Shown here piece after piece: positions 1-10,962 of a stretch of DNA of 64,000 nt (position 1 is the stretch's first letter; each line of letters begins with the position of its first letter). The stretch is taken from assembly GCF_964250165.1 (NCBI RefSeq), contig NZ_CAXUEK010000004.1, positions 2,660-66,659 on the forward strand, written 5' to 3'. The position numbers and the translations under genes were made by a program. The notes beneath the pieces are model-generated. The model was given only the letters and a program-made list of their open reading frames with translations, had not been told where the DNA came from and searched no databases. Source of the DNA: an uncultured Sphingomonas sp. (GTDB taxonomy: Bacteria > Pseudomonadota > Alphaproteobacteria > Sphingomonadales > Sphingomonadaceae).

Positions 1-67
1 GGACGAAAACGACAGTCCCGCATCGGCCGCTTTGACTTGCCCGGGTCGGCAATGCCAGGAGCCGGCG

Positions 68-1123
68 GTGATCCCGATCGCCACCCGCCTCGCCGCGCTG
101 CTGCCGCCCGAGCAGGCGCATGCGCTAGGATTGCGCTGGCTCGGCGCGCGCGCGCGATGGCGGCCGCCGGTGCTGTTGCCCGATCCGCCCGACCCCTTCC
201 CAAGGCTGGCCGTCTCGGTGGCCGGGCTGCATTTCCGCAATCCGGTGGGGATCGCGGCGGGGCTCGACAAGGACGGGCGCGCGATCGGCGGCCTGATGGC
301 ACTCGGCGTCGGCGGGGTGGAGATCGGCACGCTGACGCCCCTGCCCCAACCCGGCAACCCGCGCCCGCGACTGTTCCGCCTCCCAGCCGATCGCGCGATC
401 ATCAATCGGCTGGGCTTCAACAATGGCGGCCTCGCCGCCGCGCTGGCGCGAGTCGCCGGGGCGAACCGGCGGGCGGATCGGGGCATCCTCGGCATCAATG
501 TCGGCGCGAACAAGGACTCGGCCGACCGCATCGCCGACTATCGCCACGGCGTCGCGCGCGCCGCACCGCATGCGGGCTGGGTGACGATCAACATCAGCTC
601 GCCGAACACGCCGGGCCTGCGCGACCTGCAGCACGGCCCAGCGCTGCGCGACCTGCTCGCGGTGTGCGGCGAGGTGCGGGGGACCAGGCCGCTGTTCCTG
701 AAGGTCGCGCCCGACCTGACGCCGGCGCAGGTGGACGATATCGCGCGCGCGGCGATCGACGGCGACGTCGCGGCGCTGATCGTCGGCAACACCACCGTCT
801 CGCGCCCGCCGCTGCGCTCGCCGCACAAAGGCGAGGCGGGCGGCCTGTCGGGCGGGCCGCTGGCGGCCCTCGCCCGGCAGCGGCTCGCCGACTTCCGCCG
901 GGCGACCGGCGGCACGCTGCCGCTGGTGGCGGCCGGCGGCATCGACAGCGGCGCGGAGGCCTATGCCCGCATCCGCGCCGGCGCGAGCCTGGTGCAGCTC
1001 TACACCGCGCTGGTGTTCGCCGGGCCGGGGCTGATCGGGCGCATGCTGCGCGACCTGGACGCGCTGCTCGCGCGCGACGGGTTCGCGCGCGTGAGCGACG
1101 CTGTCGGAGCGGGGGTGACGTAG
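68..1123 (+). CDS. pyrD: Quinone-dependent dihydroorotate dehydrogenase (class 2)
   Basis: Motifs NPVGIAAGLDK, INRLGFNN, INISSPNTPGLR, LKVAPDL, GGLSG, ASLVQLYTAL; GTG at 68 chosen over the ORF-track start at 32. Confidence 0.95.
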   Translation: MIPIATRLAALLPPEQAHALGLRWLGARARWRPPVLLPDPPDPFPRLAVSVAGLHFRNPVGIAAGLDKDGRAIGGLMALGVGGVEIGTLTPLPQPGNPRPRLFRLPADRAIINRLGFNNGGLAAALARVAGANRRADRGILGINVGANKDSADRIADYRHGVARAAPHAGWVTINISSPNTPGLRDLQHGPALRDLLAVCGEVRGTRPLFLKVAPDLTPAQVDDIARAAIDGDVAALIVGNTTVSRPPLRSPHKGEAGGLSGGPLAALARQRLADFRRATGGTLPLVAAGGIDSGAEAYARIRAGASLVQLYTALVFAGPGLIGRMLRDLDALLARDGFARVSDAVGAGVT

Positions 1124-1163
1124 CGTCTTGCGCGTCGTTTCGCCGCCGCTACGGTCGACCTCG

Positions 1164-2933
1164 ATGAAGATGTCGCTCCTCGCCACCGCCGCCTTGGGCC
1201 TGCTCGTCGCGCCGGCGGATGCCCGACAGACGACTGCAAGGCGATCCGCACCTGCAGCGCAGGGGATGGTCAGCGCCGCCGACCCGCGCGCCGCCGCGGC
1301 GGGCGTGGAGATCCTGAAGGCAGGCGGCAGCGCCACCGACGCGGCGATCGCCACCATGCTCGCGCTCGGCGTCGTCGAGCCGCAAAGCTCCGGGCTGGGC
1401 GGCGGCAGCTACTGGGTGCGGCACGCAGCCGCGACCGGCAGGACCGACACGATCGACGCGCGCGAGATCGCGCCGATGGCGGCCGGCCCGCGCTGGTTCT
1501 ACACGCCGCCGGACGCTGGCGACGGCAAGCCGCTCAGCCACGACGACGCGGTGCCGGGCGGCCGCAGCGTCGGCGTGCCGGGCGCCGTGCGCGGCATGGC
1601 GCTGGCGTGGCGGAACGGCGGCAAGCTGCCCTGGGCGCGGCTGTTCGCGCCGGCGATCAGGCTGGCGCAAGGCGGCTGGGTCGCGAGCCCCCGCTTCGTC
1701 GGCGGACTGGCCAGCTATGGCGGTCACATCACGCCCGCCACGCGCGCGCTCTTCACGGGGTCCGACGGACAGCCGATCCGGCCCGGCGGCACGCTCCACA
1801 ACCCGGCGCAGGCGGCGCTGCTGGAGCGGCTGGCACGGCTGGGCCCGGACAGCTTCTATGTCGGCCCGCAGGCGGCGAAGCTGGTCCAGACCGTCGACGG
1901 CGCCGCGCGCAACCCGTCGAAGATGGTGACGGCCGACCTCGCCGGCTATGCGGCGAAGGCGCGCGCGCCGGTTTGTGCGCCGTATCGCGTCTACCGTATC
2001 TGCAGCATGGGGCCGTCCTCGTCTGGCGGGATCACGGTGCTGATGATCCTGAAGCAGCTGGAGCGGTTCGATCTGACGGGCATGGGCAAGGACTCGCCCG
2101 TCGCCTGGCACCTGTTCGCCGAGTCCTCGCGGCTCGCCTATGCCGACCGCAACCTCTATGTTGGCGATCCCGACTTCGTGCAGGTGCCGATCGCCGGCCT
2201 GCTCGACCCGGCCTATCTCGCGTCGCGCTCGGCACTGCTCTCGCCCGACCGATCGCTGACCGCCATCGCCGCCGGCACGCCACCCGGCGCGCCGTCGCGC
2301 ACGCGCGCCACGCCCGCCGAGGTGCCGGGCACCACCGATCTGGCGGTGGCGGACGGCCGCGGCAACGTCGTCGAGGTGACGACCACCGTCGAAGGCGTGT
2401 TCGGCTCCGGGCTGTCGATGGATGGGATCATCCTCAACAACCAGCTGACCGACTTCGACATCGTGCCCGAACAGGCCGGCTATCTCGTCGCCAACCGCGT
2501 CGAGCCCGGCAAGCGGCCGCGTTCGTCGATGTCCCCGACCATCGTCTACGGCCCCGACGGCCAGGTGCGGCTGGCGCTCGGCGCGGCAGGCGGGCCGACC
2601 ATCATCGCGCAGATCGCCAAGGCGCTGGTCGGGGTGCTCGACTGGAAGCTCTCGGCGCAGGACGCGATCGCGCTCGGCCTGATCTTCGCGCCGGGCGAGA
2701 CCGCCTATGCCGAAGAGGGCACGCAGCTGGATGCGATGCTGCCGGCGCTGCGCCGGCTCGGCGAACACATCCAGAGCGCGCCGCTGGGCCTCAAGGCCAA
2801 TGCCGTCGAGCGGGTCGACGGGCGCTGGGTGGGCGCGGCGGACCCGCGCAGCGAGGGGGTCGCCATCGACACCGCCGGCCACGTCACGGCGCCTGTGCGG
2901 GTCCAGCCGCTGCCGGGCCGTCCGCCCGAATAA
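1164..2933 (+). CDS. ggt: Gamma-glutamyltransferase, secreted
   Basis: Signal peptide; VEPQSSGLGGG, catalytic GTT(D)L..AD, TTTVEGVFGSG, LNNQLTDF, PGKRPRSSMSPT. Confidence 0.93.
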   Translation: MKMSLLATAALGLLVAPADARQTTARRSAPAAQGMVSAADPRAAAAGVEILKAGGSATDAAIATMLALGVVEPQSSGLGGGSYWVRHAAATGRTDTIDAREIAPMAAGPRWFYTPPDAGDGKPLSHDDAVPGGRSVGVPGAVRGMALAWRNGGKLPWARLFAPAIRLAQGGWVASPRFVGGLASYGGHITPATRALFTGSDGQPIRPGGTLHNPAQAALLERLARLGPDSFYVGPQAAKLVQTVDGAARNPSKMVTADLAGYAAKARAPVCAPYRVYRICSMGPSSSGGITVLMILKQLERFDLTGMGKDSPVAWHLFAESSRLAYADRNLYVGDPDFVQVPIAGLLDPAYLASRSALLSPDRSLTAIAAGTPPGAPSRTRATPAEVPGTTDLAVADGRGNVVEVTTTVEGVFGSGLSMDGIILNNQLTDFDIVPEQAGYLVANRVEPGKRPRSSMSPTIVYGPDGQVRLALGAAGGPTIIAQIAKALVGVLDWKLSAQDAIALGLIFAPGETAYAEEGTQLDAMLPALRRLGEHIQSAPLGLKANAVERVDGRWVGAADPRSEGVAIDTAGHVTAPVRVQPLPGRPPE

Positions 2934-2970
2934 AGCGCGCGAGCCCAACAGGGCCGTTCCGGGAGAGAGA

Positions 2971-4749
2971 ATGCGTCACCTCGAACATTTCCCCAATCTC
3001 GTCGCGATGTTCTTCGCGCGCGCTGCCGAGAAGGGCGAGCGGCCGTTCCTGTGGCGCAAGCACGACGGCATATGGCAGCCGACGAGCTGGGCCGAGGCGG
3101 CGCGCAAGGTCGCCAGCCTCGCCACCGCGCTCCAGGCGCTGGGGCTCCAGCGCGGCGACCGCGTGATGCTGGTCAGCGAGAACCGGCCGGAATGGTGCAT
3201 CTCCGATCTGGCGATCATGGCCGCGGGGCTGGTCACCGTCCCCGCCTATGTCACCAACACCGAGCGCGACCACCAACACGTGCTGGAGAATTCCGGCGCG
3301 TGCGCGGTGATCGTCTCCACCGAAAAGCTGGCGCGCACGCTGATGCCCGCGGTGATCCGTTCCAACCAGGGCCAGCTGCTGATCGGCATCGACGAGATGC
3401 GCTTCCCCGCCACCGTCGAGCATCACGACTGGCGCGACCTGATCGCGCGCCACCCGACCGAGCCGGCCACCCTCCCCCTTCCGTTCGCGCGCGAGGACCT
3501 GGCCTGCATCATCTACACCTCGGGCACCGGCGGCGCCCCGCGCGGGGTGATGCAGCATCACGGCGCGATCCTGCACAACGTCGCTGGCACGGTCGCCGTG
3601 ATCTCGGAGGATTATGGCTGGGGCGAGGAGGTCTTCCTGTCCTTCCTGCCGCTCAGCCACGCCTATGAGCACACCGCCGGCCAGCACGTGCCGATCGGGC
3701 TGGGCGGCCAGATCTATTATGCCGAGGGGCTCGATCGGCTGGCCGCCAATATCGAGGAGGCGCGCCCGACGCTGATGGTGGTCGTGCCGCGGCTGTTCGA
3801 GGTGCTGCGCGCGCGGATCACCAAGGCGGTGGAGAAGCAGGGCGGGCTGGCCCGGCGCCTGCTGGCGACCGCGCTCGAGCTCGGCGCGCGCGAGCAGGCC
3901 GGCGGTCTGCGCTGGCGCGATCGGCCCGCGAAGATCGCCGTCGACACGTTGTTGCGGCCCAAGATGCGCAAGCGGTTCGGCGGGCGCCTGAAGGCGCTGG
4001 TGTCGGGTGGCGCGCCGCTGACGCCGGAGGTCGGGCTGTTCTTCCAGTCGATCGGGATCGAGCTGCTGCAGGGCTATGGCCAGACCGAGGCGGCGCCGGT
4101 GATCTCGTGCAACCGGCCCGGGGCGGGTATCCGCATGGACACGGTCGGCCCGCCGCTGCCGGGCGTCGAGGTGCGGATCGCCGACGACGGCGAGATCCTG
4201 GTGCGCGGCGAGCAGGTGATGCACGGCTATTGGCGCAACGACGCCGAGACCGCGCGGGTGCTGCAGGACGGCTGGCTGCACACCGGGGACATCGGGCTGT
4301 TCGACGACGGCGGCCGGATCAGGATCACCGACCGCAAGAAGGACCTCATCATCAACGACAAGGGCGACAATGTCGCGCCGCAACGGGTGGAGGGGATGCT
4401 CACCCTCCAGCCGGAGATCATCCAGGCGATGATCGCGGGTGACCGCCGCCCCTATATGGTCGCGCTGCTCGTGCCCGATCCCGAATGGGTGCAGGAATGG
4501 TGCGCGGCCAATGGCCAGACGTGCAGCTTCACGGGGCTGGCCGAGAACAGCGCCTTCCGGACCGCGCTCGGCCGCGCGGTGGAGCGGGTGAACCGGGATT
4601 TGTCGGTGATCGAGCGCGTCCGCCGCTTCGTGCTGGCCGACGAGCCCTTCACGATCGAGAACGGCCAGCTGACGCCGTCGCTCAAGATCAGGCGGCACAT
4701 GATCCGGGAGATCTACGGCGAGCGACTGGACGCGCTCTACAAGAGCTGA
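2971..4749 (+). CDS. Long-chain fatty acid--CoA ligase (AMP-dependent synthetase)
   Basis: IYTSGTGGAPRGV, LPLSHAYE, GYGQTE, GWLHTGDIG, ITDRKKD motifs. Confidence 0.9.
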   Translation: MRHLEHFPNLVAMFFARAAEKGERPFLWRKHDGIWQPTSWAEAARKVASLATALQALGLQRGDRVMLVSENRPEWCISDLAIMAAGLVTVPAYVTNTERDHQHVLENSGACAVIVSTEKLARTLMPAVIRSNQGQLLIGIDEMRFPATVEHHDWRDLIARHPTEPATLPLPFAREDLACIIYTSGTGGAPRGVMQHHGAILHNVAGTVAVISEDYGWGEEVFLSFLPLSHAYEHTAGQHVPIGLGGQIYYAEGLDRLAANIEEARPTLMVVVPRLFEVLRARITKAVEKQGGLARRLLATALELGAREQAGGLRWRDRPAKIAVDTLLRPKMRKRFGGRLKALVSGGAPLTPEVGLFFQSIGIELLQGYGQTEAAPVISCNRPGAGIRMDTVGPPLPGVEVRIADDGEILVRGEQVMHGYWRNDAETARVLQDGWLHTGDIGLFDDGGRIRITDRKKDLIINDKGDNVAPQRVEGMLTLQPEIIQAMIAGDRRPYMVALLVPDPEWVQEWCAANGQTCSFTGLAENSAFRTALGRAVERVNRDLSVIERVRRFVLADEPFTIENGQLTPSLKIRRHMIREIYGERLDALYKS

Positions 4750-4780
4750 TGCCTGCCTTGATCCGGCAAAGCCGAAGCGG

Positions 4781-4860
4781 TTCTCCCGCGCAGGCGGGAG
4801 CCCAGGCTCGCCGGCAGGCGATTTGTCCCGCAAGACTGGGTCCCCGCCTTCGCGGGGACA
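4781..4860. repeat. REP-like inverted pair (family B, GTCATCCCCGCG-AGGCGGGGATCCA type)
   Basis: TTCTCCCGCGCAGGCGGGAGCCCAG at 4781 facing CTGGGTCCCCGCCTTCGCGGGGACA ending at 4860. Confidence 0.8.
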
Positions 4861-4956
4861 CAGGCACTCGCGTCAGCTAGAGCGGTTTGCGATCTCCGGG
4901 GCGGCCGGGGCCATGCCAGTGGTGGAGCCGGTCGCGGCGGCCCTCTTCTCCCACTT

Positions 4957-5061
4957 CGTCATCCCCGCGTAGGCGGGGATTCAAGCCCGACCGGGCGGTC
5001 AGCGATGATGTGTTCCCATCGAGCGGATCAGCTTGGATCCCCGCCTTCGCGGGGATGACGG
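4957..5061. repeat. REP-like inverted pair (family B)
   Basis: CGTCATCCCCGCGTAGGCGGGGATTCA facing GGATCCCCGCCTTCGCGGGGATGACG. Confidence 0.85.
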
Positions 5062-5118
5062 AAAAGGAGCGGTCGGACGAGCCAGGCTGGTCACCACCGG
5101 CCCTAAGGGGATCGAACC

Positions 5119-8013
5119 CTAGTTGGTCGCGGCCGGCTCGCCGCCGACCAGCGCGGCGCTGTGCTTGCCCTTGGGCACCACCGCCATCGTCCAGTCCCGG
5201 TCCGGCCGCAGGTATTTGGCCGCGACCGTCTGCAGCTGCGCGGGCGTGATCGAGATGAAGTCCTGGGCGAGGTTGCGCGTGGCGTCGATCCGCTTCGGGT
5301 CGAAGGTCGCGCCGCCCAGCTGGTTGAGCCAGAACTGGTTCCCGGACGAGGCGCGGACGATATATTGCGCCATCGGCCGCATGATGCGCGCGAGCTCGTC
5401 GTTCGGAATCGGGTGCGCGGCCAGGTCGGCGGCGATCTCGCGGGCGAGCTGGAAGAAGAACGGCACCTTGTCCGGCACCACCTGCCCGATCGCGAGCAGC
5501 CGGCCGCCACCCGCCTGCCCCATCGGCCAGCTCGACGACACGCTGGGGCTGTAGCTCGCGCCCGCGGTCTGGCGCAGCCGTTCGAACAGCCGGTCGCTGA
5601 ACACCTGCGCGAGCACGTCGAGCCGGCGGCTGTCGGCGATGCCGTCGACGCCGCTGCCGGTGGGCCAGGCGATCACCGCCACCGCCTGATCCTCGCCGCC
5701 CCGGTGCGTGCGCAACAGCGGCTGCGCGCGATGCTTCGGGAAGTGCGCGACGTGCTTTTCCGTGCCCCACGGTCCGCGCGGCGGCAGCGCGCCGAAGCTT
5801 GCCGCCACCGCCGCGATCGCGTCGTTCGCCTTGACGTCGCCGAACACCGAGACCTCGATCGGGCCGCTGGCGAGCACCGGCGCCCACAGCTTGCGGAACG
5901 CGGCGGGCGTCAGCTTGCCCACCTGCGCCGGGGTCGGCTGCGCCCAGCGCGGATCGCCGTCGTGCAGCAGGCCTTCCAGATCGTGGCTCAGCACGCCGTC
6001 GGGGGATGCGTCGTAGCCGGTGGAGCCGGCCAGCTTGACGGCCTTGGCGCGCGCCACCGGTGCGGCGTCCCAGGCCGGGAACTGCAGCTTCGCCGCCATC
6101 AGCTTCAGCTCGTCGGCGAAGTCGCCGGGCGAGGTGACCGCATTGAGCGAGAAGGCATCGGCATTGACGTCGAAATCGAGCCCGATCACCCGCCCGGCGG
6201 ACAGCTGGTCGAGATCGCCCTGATCGAGCTTGCCGATCCCGCCCTGCACCAGGGCCAGCTCGCCCGCCCAGGCGGGGCTGGGCTTGGCGGGCAGCGCCTC
6301 GTAGCCGCCGCCGAACCGCGTGCGGACATAGACGCGCCCCGTCTCCGACGTCGACGCATAGAGCAGCAGGCGCACGCCGTTGGCGAACGTCACTTTCTCC
6401 ATGTCGAGATCGGGGATCTTCTCGCGCGCCGTCACCGTGCCGGGCGCGCCGAGCGCCGGCAACGCCGCGAAGCTGACCGCCGCCTGGTTGCGCCGGGTCA
6501 CGCCCGCGCCCGTGACCTCGGCCTTCAGCGCCGTCGCCAGCTTGTCGGCGGCGTCCGGCTCGGGCCGGGGCGTGTTGACCAGCGCGCGCGTGGCGTCGCC
6601 CTGGAACAGCTTGCGGGTGCTGGCGAGCAGCGTCGCGGGCGTGAACATGCCCTTGTCGTGCGCGTCCTTGAGGATGGCGTAGGAGGTCTCCGGAGCGGTC
6701 ACGGTCTCGCGGATGTCGAGCGCCTGCACCATGTCGTCGGCCTCGCGAGCGCCCGCCTCGACGCGCGCGGTGGCGACGTCGTTGCGCAGCGCCGTCTCGT
6801 AATCGGCATATTCGCGCTCGACCTCCGCCTGGCTGGGCGGCGAGGCCTCCGCGTCGGCGATCACCGCGCGGACGTCCTTCAGCGCAGCTTCCCAATTGTC
6901 GCCCACCGGCAGGATCGTGACCTGCGTGATGTTGGCGGAGCGGGCGATGTCGTCGAGCGCGACGCTCGCCTGGAGGAAGCTGCCGCCGGCGCGCGCGCGC
7001 GTCTCCAGCCGCCGGCTGACGAGCCGCGCGGCGAGGCTGTCGATCATCCGCTTCTGATTGAAGATCACGGTGTCGAAGTTGAACGTCCACGGCCGCAGCG
7101 TCGCCGCGATCACCACGGTCGGCAGGCCCGGTTCGGCCAGCGCGGCGGTGACCGGCTTGCCCGCATCGGGCTTGCCGAAATCCGGATCGGGCGGGTTCGC
7201 GCCGACGCCCTTCCAGTCGGCGAAGTTCCTGGTGACGAGCTGGCCCAGCACCGCGGGGTCGAGATCGCCGGCGATCACCACCACCGCGCGTTCGGGGCGA
7301 TACCAGCGGTCGTGGAACGCCTGCACGGTCGCGGCGGTCGCCTCCTGCAGGTTCTGGAGATGGCCGATCGGCGAGCGGTCGGCGAGCGGCTGGCCTGCGA
7401 AGAAGGCGGCGTTGCGCGCATCGCCGAAGCGCACCTGCGGCCCCGGCTGCTCGCGCCGCTCCGCCAGCACCACCGGCCGCTCGGCGTTGAGCGTCGTGGC
7501 GGAGATGACCGGGTGGGCCATCATGCCCGACAGGATCTTTAGGCTCTGGTCGAGCCGCTCGGTCGTCGCCGACGGCAGGTCGAGCTTGTAGGTGGTCGAC
7601 ACCGGCGAGGTCTCGGCATTGGTGTCGAGCCCGAACGTCGCGCCGAAGTTCTGGAAGATGCGCTTGGCTTCGCCGTCGGGCACATATTGCGAGGCGCGGT
7701 AGGACAGGTGCTCGATGAAGTGCGCATAGCCGCGCTCGCTGTCCGTCTCGTAGAGCGAGCCGGTGTCGATGCGGATGCGGATCGAGACCTGCCCGGGCGG
7801 CACGCCGTTGCGGCGCACCGCATAGCGCAGCCCGTTGGGCAGCGTGCCGAACCGCCACGCCGGATCGGGGGTGATGTCGCTGCCCTTGTAGAGCCAGGCC
7901 GCCGTATCGACCTTGACGGGCGCCGCGGGCCGGGCCTGCTGACCCGAAGCCGCGCCGGCGATGGTGAGGAGAATGAGACAAGGGGCGCCGAGCGCGCGGA
8001 GTGATAACGCCAT
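5119..8013 (-). CDS. M16 family (insulinase-like) zinc metallopeptidase, secreted
   Basis: G.L.NGLRY.VR, inverted zinc motif AHFIEHL, NAETS; four-domain length of 964 aa; signal peptide. Confidence 0.9.
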   Translation of the reverse strand: MALSLRALGAPCLILLTIAGAASGQQARPAAPVKVDTAAWLYKGSDITPDPAWRFGTLPNGLRYAVRRNGVPPGQVSIRIRIDTGSLYETDSERGYAHFIEHLSYRASQYVPDGEAKRIFQNFGATFGLDTNAETSPVSTTYKLDLPSATTERLDQSLKILSGMMAHPVISATTLNAERPVVLAERREQPGPQVRFGDARNAAFFAGQPLADRSPIGHLQNLQEATAATVQAFHDRWYRPERAVVVIAGDLDPAVLGQLVTRNFADWKGVGANPPDPDFGKPDAGKPVTAALAEPGLPTVVIAATLRPWTFNFDTVIFNQKRMIDSLAARLVSRRLETRARAGGSFLQASVALDDIARSANITQVTILPVGDNWEAALKDVRAVIADAEASPPSQAEVEREYADYETALRNDVATARVEAGAREADDMVQALDIRETVTAPETSYAILKDAHDKGMFTPATLLASTRKLFQGDATRALVNTPRPEPDAADKLATALKAEVTGAGVTRRNQAAVSFAALPALGAPGTVTAREKIPDLDMEKVTFANGVRLLLYASTSETGRVYVRTRFGGGYEALPAKPSPAWAGELALVQGGIGKLDQGDLDQLSAGRVIGLDFDVNADAFSLNAVTSPGDFADELKLMAAKLQFPAWDAAPVARAKAVKLAGSTGYDASPDGVLSHDLEGLLHDGDPRWAQPTPAQVGKLTPAAFRKLWAPVLASGPIEVSVFGDVKANDAIAAVAASFGALPPRGPWGTEKHVAHFPKHRAQPLLRTHRGGEDQAVAVIAWPTGSGVDGIADSRRLDVLAQVFSDRLFERLRQTAGASYSPSVSSSWPMGQAGGGRLLAIGQVVPDKVPFFFQLAREIAADLAAHPIPNDELARIMRPMAQYIVRASSGNQFWLNQLGGATFDPKRIDATRNLAQDFISITPAQLQTVAAKYLRPDRDWTMAVVPKGKHSAALVGGEPAATN

Positions 8014-8079
8014 CGGCGCGGCATGTAGGCGCTCCCGATGAACGCCGCCAGAACCTTGCGGCGTCTCGTCAGGGCCAGA

Positions 8080-9423
8080 CTATCTGGCCGCCACCTGCCC
8101 GCCGGGGCTCACGCGCCAGATCGCATTGCCGACATCGTCCGCGACCAGCAGCGCGCCCGCCTGGTCGGCGATCACGCCGACGGGCCGGCCGTGCGCCTTG
8201 CCGTTCGCCGCCAGGAAGCCGGCGAGCACGTCCACCGGCTTCGCGTTCGGCACGGGAAAGCCGGAGCCCGCGAACGGCACGAATACGACCTTGTAGCCGG
8301 ACGCGGGCTTGCGGTTCCACGAGCCGTGCTCGCCGATGAACGCGCCGCTCGCGAAGCGGCCGCCCAGCTTCACCTCGCTGGAAAAGGCGAGCCCCAGCGC
8401 CGCGACATGCGGACCCAGCGCGTAATCGGGGCGCTTGGCATATTCCTGCAGCGCCGGGTTCTTCGGCTCGACGCGCTCGTCGGGGTAGCCGCCCCAATAA
8501 TACCAGGGCCAGCCGAAATGGTCGCCGAGCTCGACCTGGGTCAGATAATCGGGCGCGAGATCGGAGCCGAGCATGTCGCGCTCGTTCACCACCGTCCACA
8601 GCTCGGCGGTGACGGGATTGATCGCCATGCCGTTGGGATTGCGCAGGCCGGCCCCGTAGATGCGGAAGGTCTTCTTCGCCGGATCGACCTCCAGGATGTT
8701 GGCCCGGTTCTTCTCGGCGTCGAGCCCGTTGTCGGCAATGTTGCTGGAGGAGCCGACGCTGACATACAGCGACTTGCCGTCCGGCGCCGCCAGTACGTTG
8801 CGCGCCCAGTGATTGCCGCCGCCGGCGAGCTTCACGACCAGTTCGGGCCTGGCCGTGATCTTCGTGTCGCCGAGCGTGTAGGGCACCCGCACCAGCGCGT
8901 CGGTGTCGCCGATGTAGAGCTGGTCGCCCAGCAACGCCATGCCATAGGGCGAGTTCAGCCCGGTCATGAAGGTCGTGCGTGTCTCCGCGACACCGTCGCC
9001 GTCGGCGTCGCGCAGCAGGACGATGCGGTTGGGCGAGGCGCCGCCCGCGCCGGCCTTGCTGATGAGGTGCCGCATCACCCAGCCGGTGATCCCGCCGCCG
9101 CCGCGGGTCGGGGAGTTGCTCTCCGCGACCAGCACGTCGCCGTTGGGCAGCCGATACAGCCAGCGCGGGTGATCGAGCCCGGCGGCGAACGCCTGCACCT
9201 TCAGCCCCGCCGCGGGAGTCGGCGTCTCGCCCTTGCCCCAGCCGACGACGTCGGCGACGTTGATCGTCGGCAGCACCTGCGTGCGCGGCGCGGTGATCCG
9301 CGGCCGCGCGCCCTCAACGGCGCTGATGTCGAGCCGCGCCGTGTCCGGCCAGGCGAGATAGACGACGACACCGATCACCAGGACGACCAGGATGCCGCCG
9401 ACGCGCAGGATGTGCTTGAGCAT
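8080..9423 (-). CDS. Sorbosone dehydrogenase family / PQQ-dependent sugar dehydrogenase
   Basis: GLDHPRWLYRLPNGDVLVAE, GLRNPNGM, VNERDMLG, GEHGSWNR, GRPVGV; ATG at 9423 followed by a TM anchor. Confidence 0.88.
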   Translation of the reverse strand: MLKHILRVGGILVVLVIGVVVYLAWPDTARLDISAVEGARPRITAPRTQVLPTINVADVVGWGKGETPTPAAGLKVQAFAAGLDHPRWLYRLPNGDVLVAESNSPTRGGGGITGWVMRHLISKAGAGGASPNRIVLLRDADGDGVAETRTTFMTGLNSPYGMALLGDQLYIGDTDALVRVPYTLGDTKITARPELVVKLAGGGNHWARNVLAAPDGKSLYVSVGSSSNIADNGLDAEKNRANILEVDPAKKTFRIYGAGLRNPNGMAINPVTAELWTVVNERDMLGSDLAPDYLTQVELGDHFGWPWYYWGGYPDERVEPKNPALQEYAKRPDYALGPHVAALGLAFSSEVKLGGRFASGAFIGEHGSWNRKPASGYKVVFVPFAGSGFPVPNAKPVDVLAGFLAANGKAHGRPVGVIADQAGALLVADDVGNAIWRVSPGGQVAAR

Positions 9424-9497
9424 AAGCGAGAAGGTAAGCGGACGCGCGGCCGGAGGGAAGAGGCGGGATACGGGGATGGTCCCCGATCGTCGCCCGC

Positions 9498-10415
<918 letters not shown>

Positions 10416-10425
10416 GGCCGTGGGT

Positions 10426-10962
10426 TCAGTCCTCCCTCACGCGATACGGATCGGCGATGCCGAGGCCGGCGAGCGCCTGCCGCTCGATCTCCTCCATCGC
10501 GTCCGCGTCCGCGTCCTCCAGATGATCGTAACCTAGCAGATGCAGGACGCCGTGCACCATCAAATGGGTTGCATGGTCCTCGACCGAGACGCCCCGCTCC
10601 ACCGCCTCCGCCGCGCAGACGCCCTGGGCGAGGACGATGTCGCCCAGCAGCACCTCGCCGCCCGTGGTGCTTGCGCCACCAGCACCGGCGTCCGAGTTCT
10701 GCGTGACGGTGTCGAGGAGGTCGGGCTGGATCATCGGGAAGGAGAGGACATTGGTCGGCTTGTCCTTGCCCCGATATTGCAGGTTGAGTGCGCGGACCTC
10801 GTCGTCGGAGGTCAGGCGCACCGACAGCTCCACCAGCGCCGGGGTGGTGAGCAGCTCGCCGTGCGGCGTGCGCTCGATGGCCGCCCGGGCGGCGCGGGTG
10901 GCAAGCGCGTCCCAGTCCGTCTCGGGCCAGGGGTCTTCGCGAGAAAGCTCTACGTGGATCAT
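10426..10962 (-). CDS. ybeY: rRNA maturation endoribonuclease YbeY
   Basis: LN..YRGKDKPTNVLSFP and H..HG.LHLLGYDH zinc motif. Confidence 0.96.
   Translation of the reverse strand: MIHVELSREDPWPETDWDALATRAARAAIERTPHGELLTTPALVELSVRLTSDDEVRALNLQYRGKDKPTNVLSFPMIQPDLLDTVTQNSDAGAGGASTTGGEVLLGDIVLAQGVCAAEAVERGVSVEDHATHLMVHGVLHLLGYDHLEDADADAMEEIERQALAGLGIADPYRVRED

Noticed and set aside
4877-7981. 1034-aa plus/minus shadow ORFs over the M16 peptidase (likewise 54482-57460, 61131-63959, 42873-45083 and many others)
   Set aside because: Arg/Gly/Pro/Ala-rich alternate-frame or antisense ORFs typical of very high-GC DNA; they overlap genes with clear family motifs
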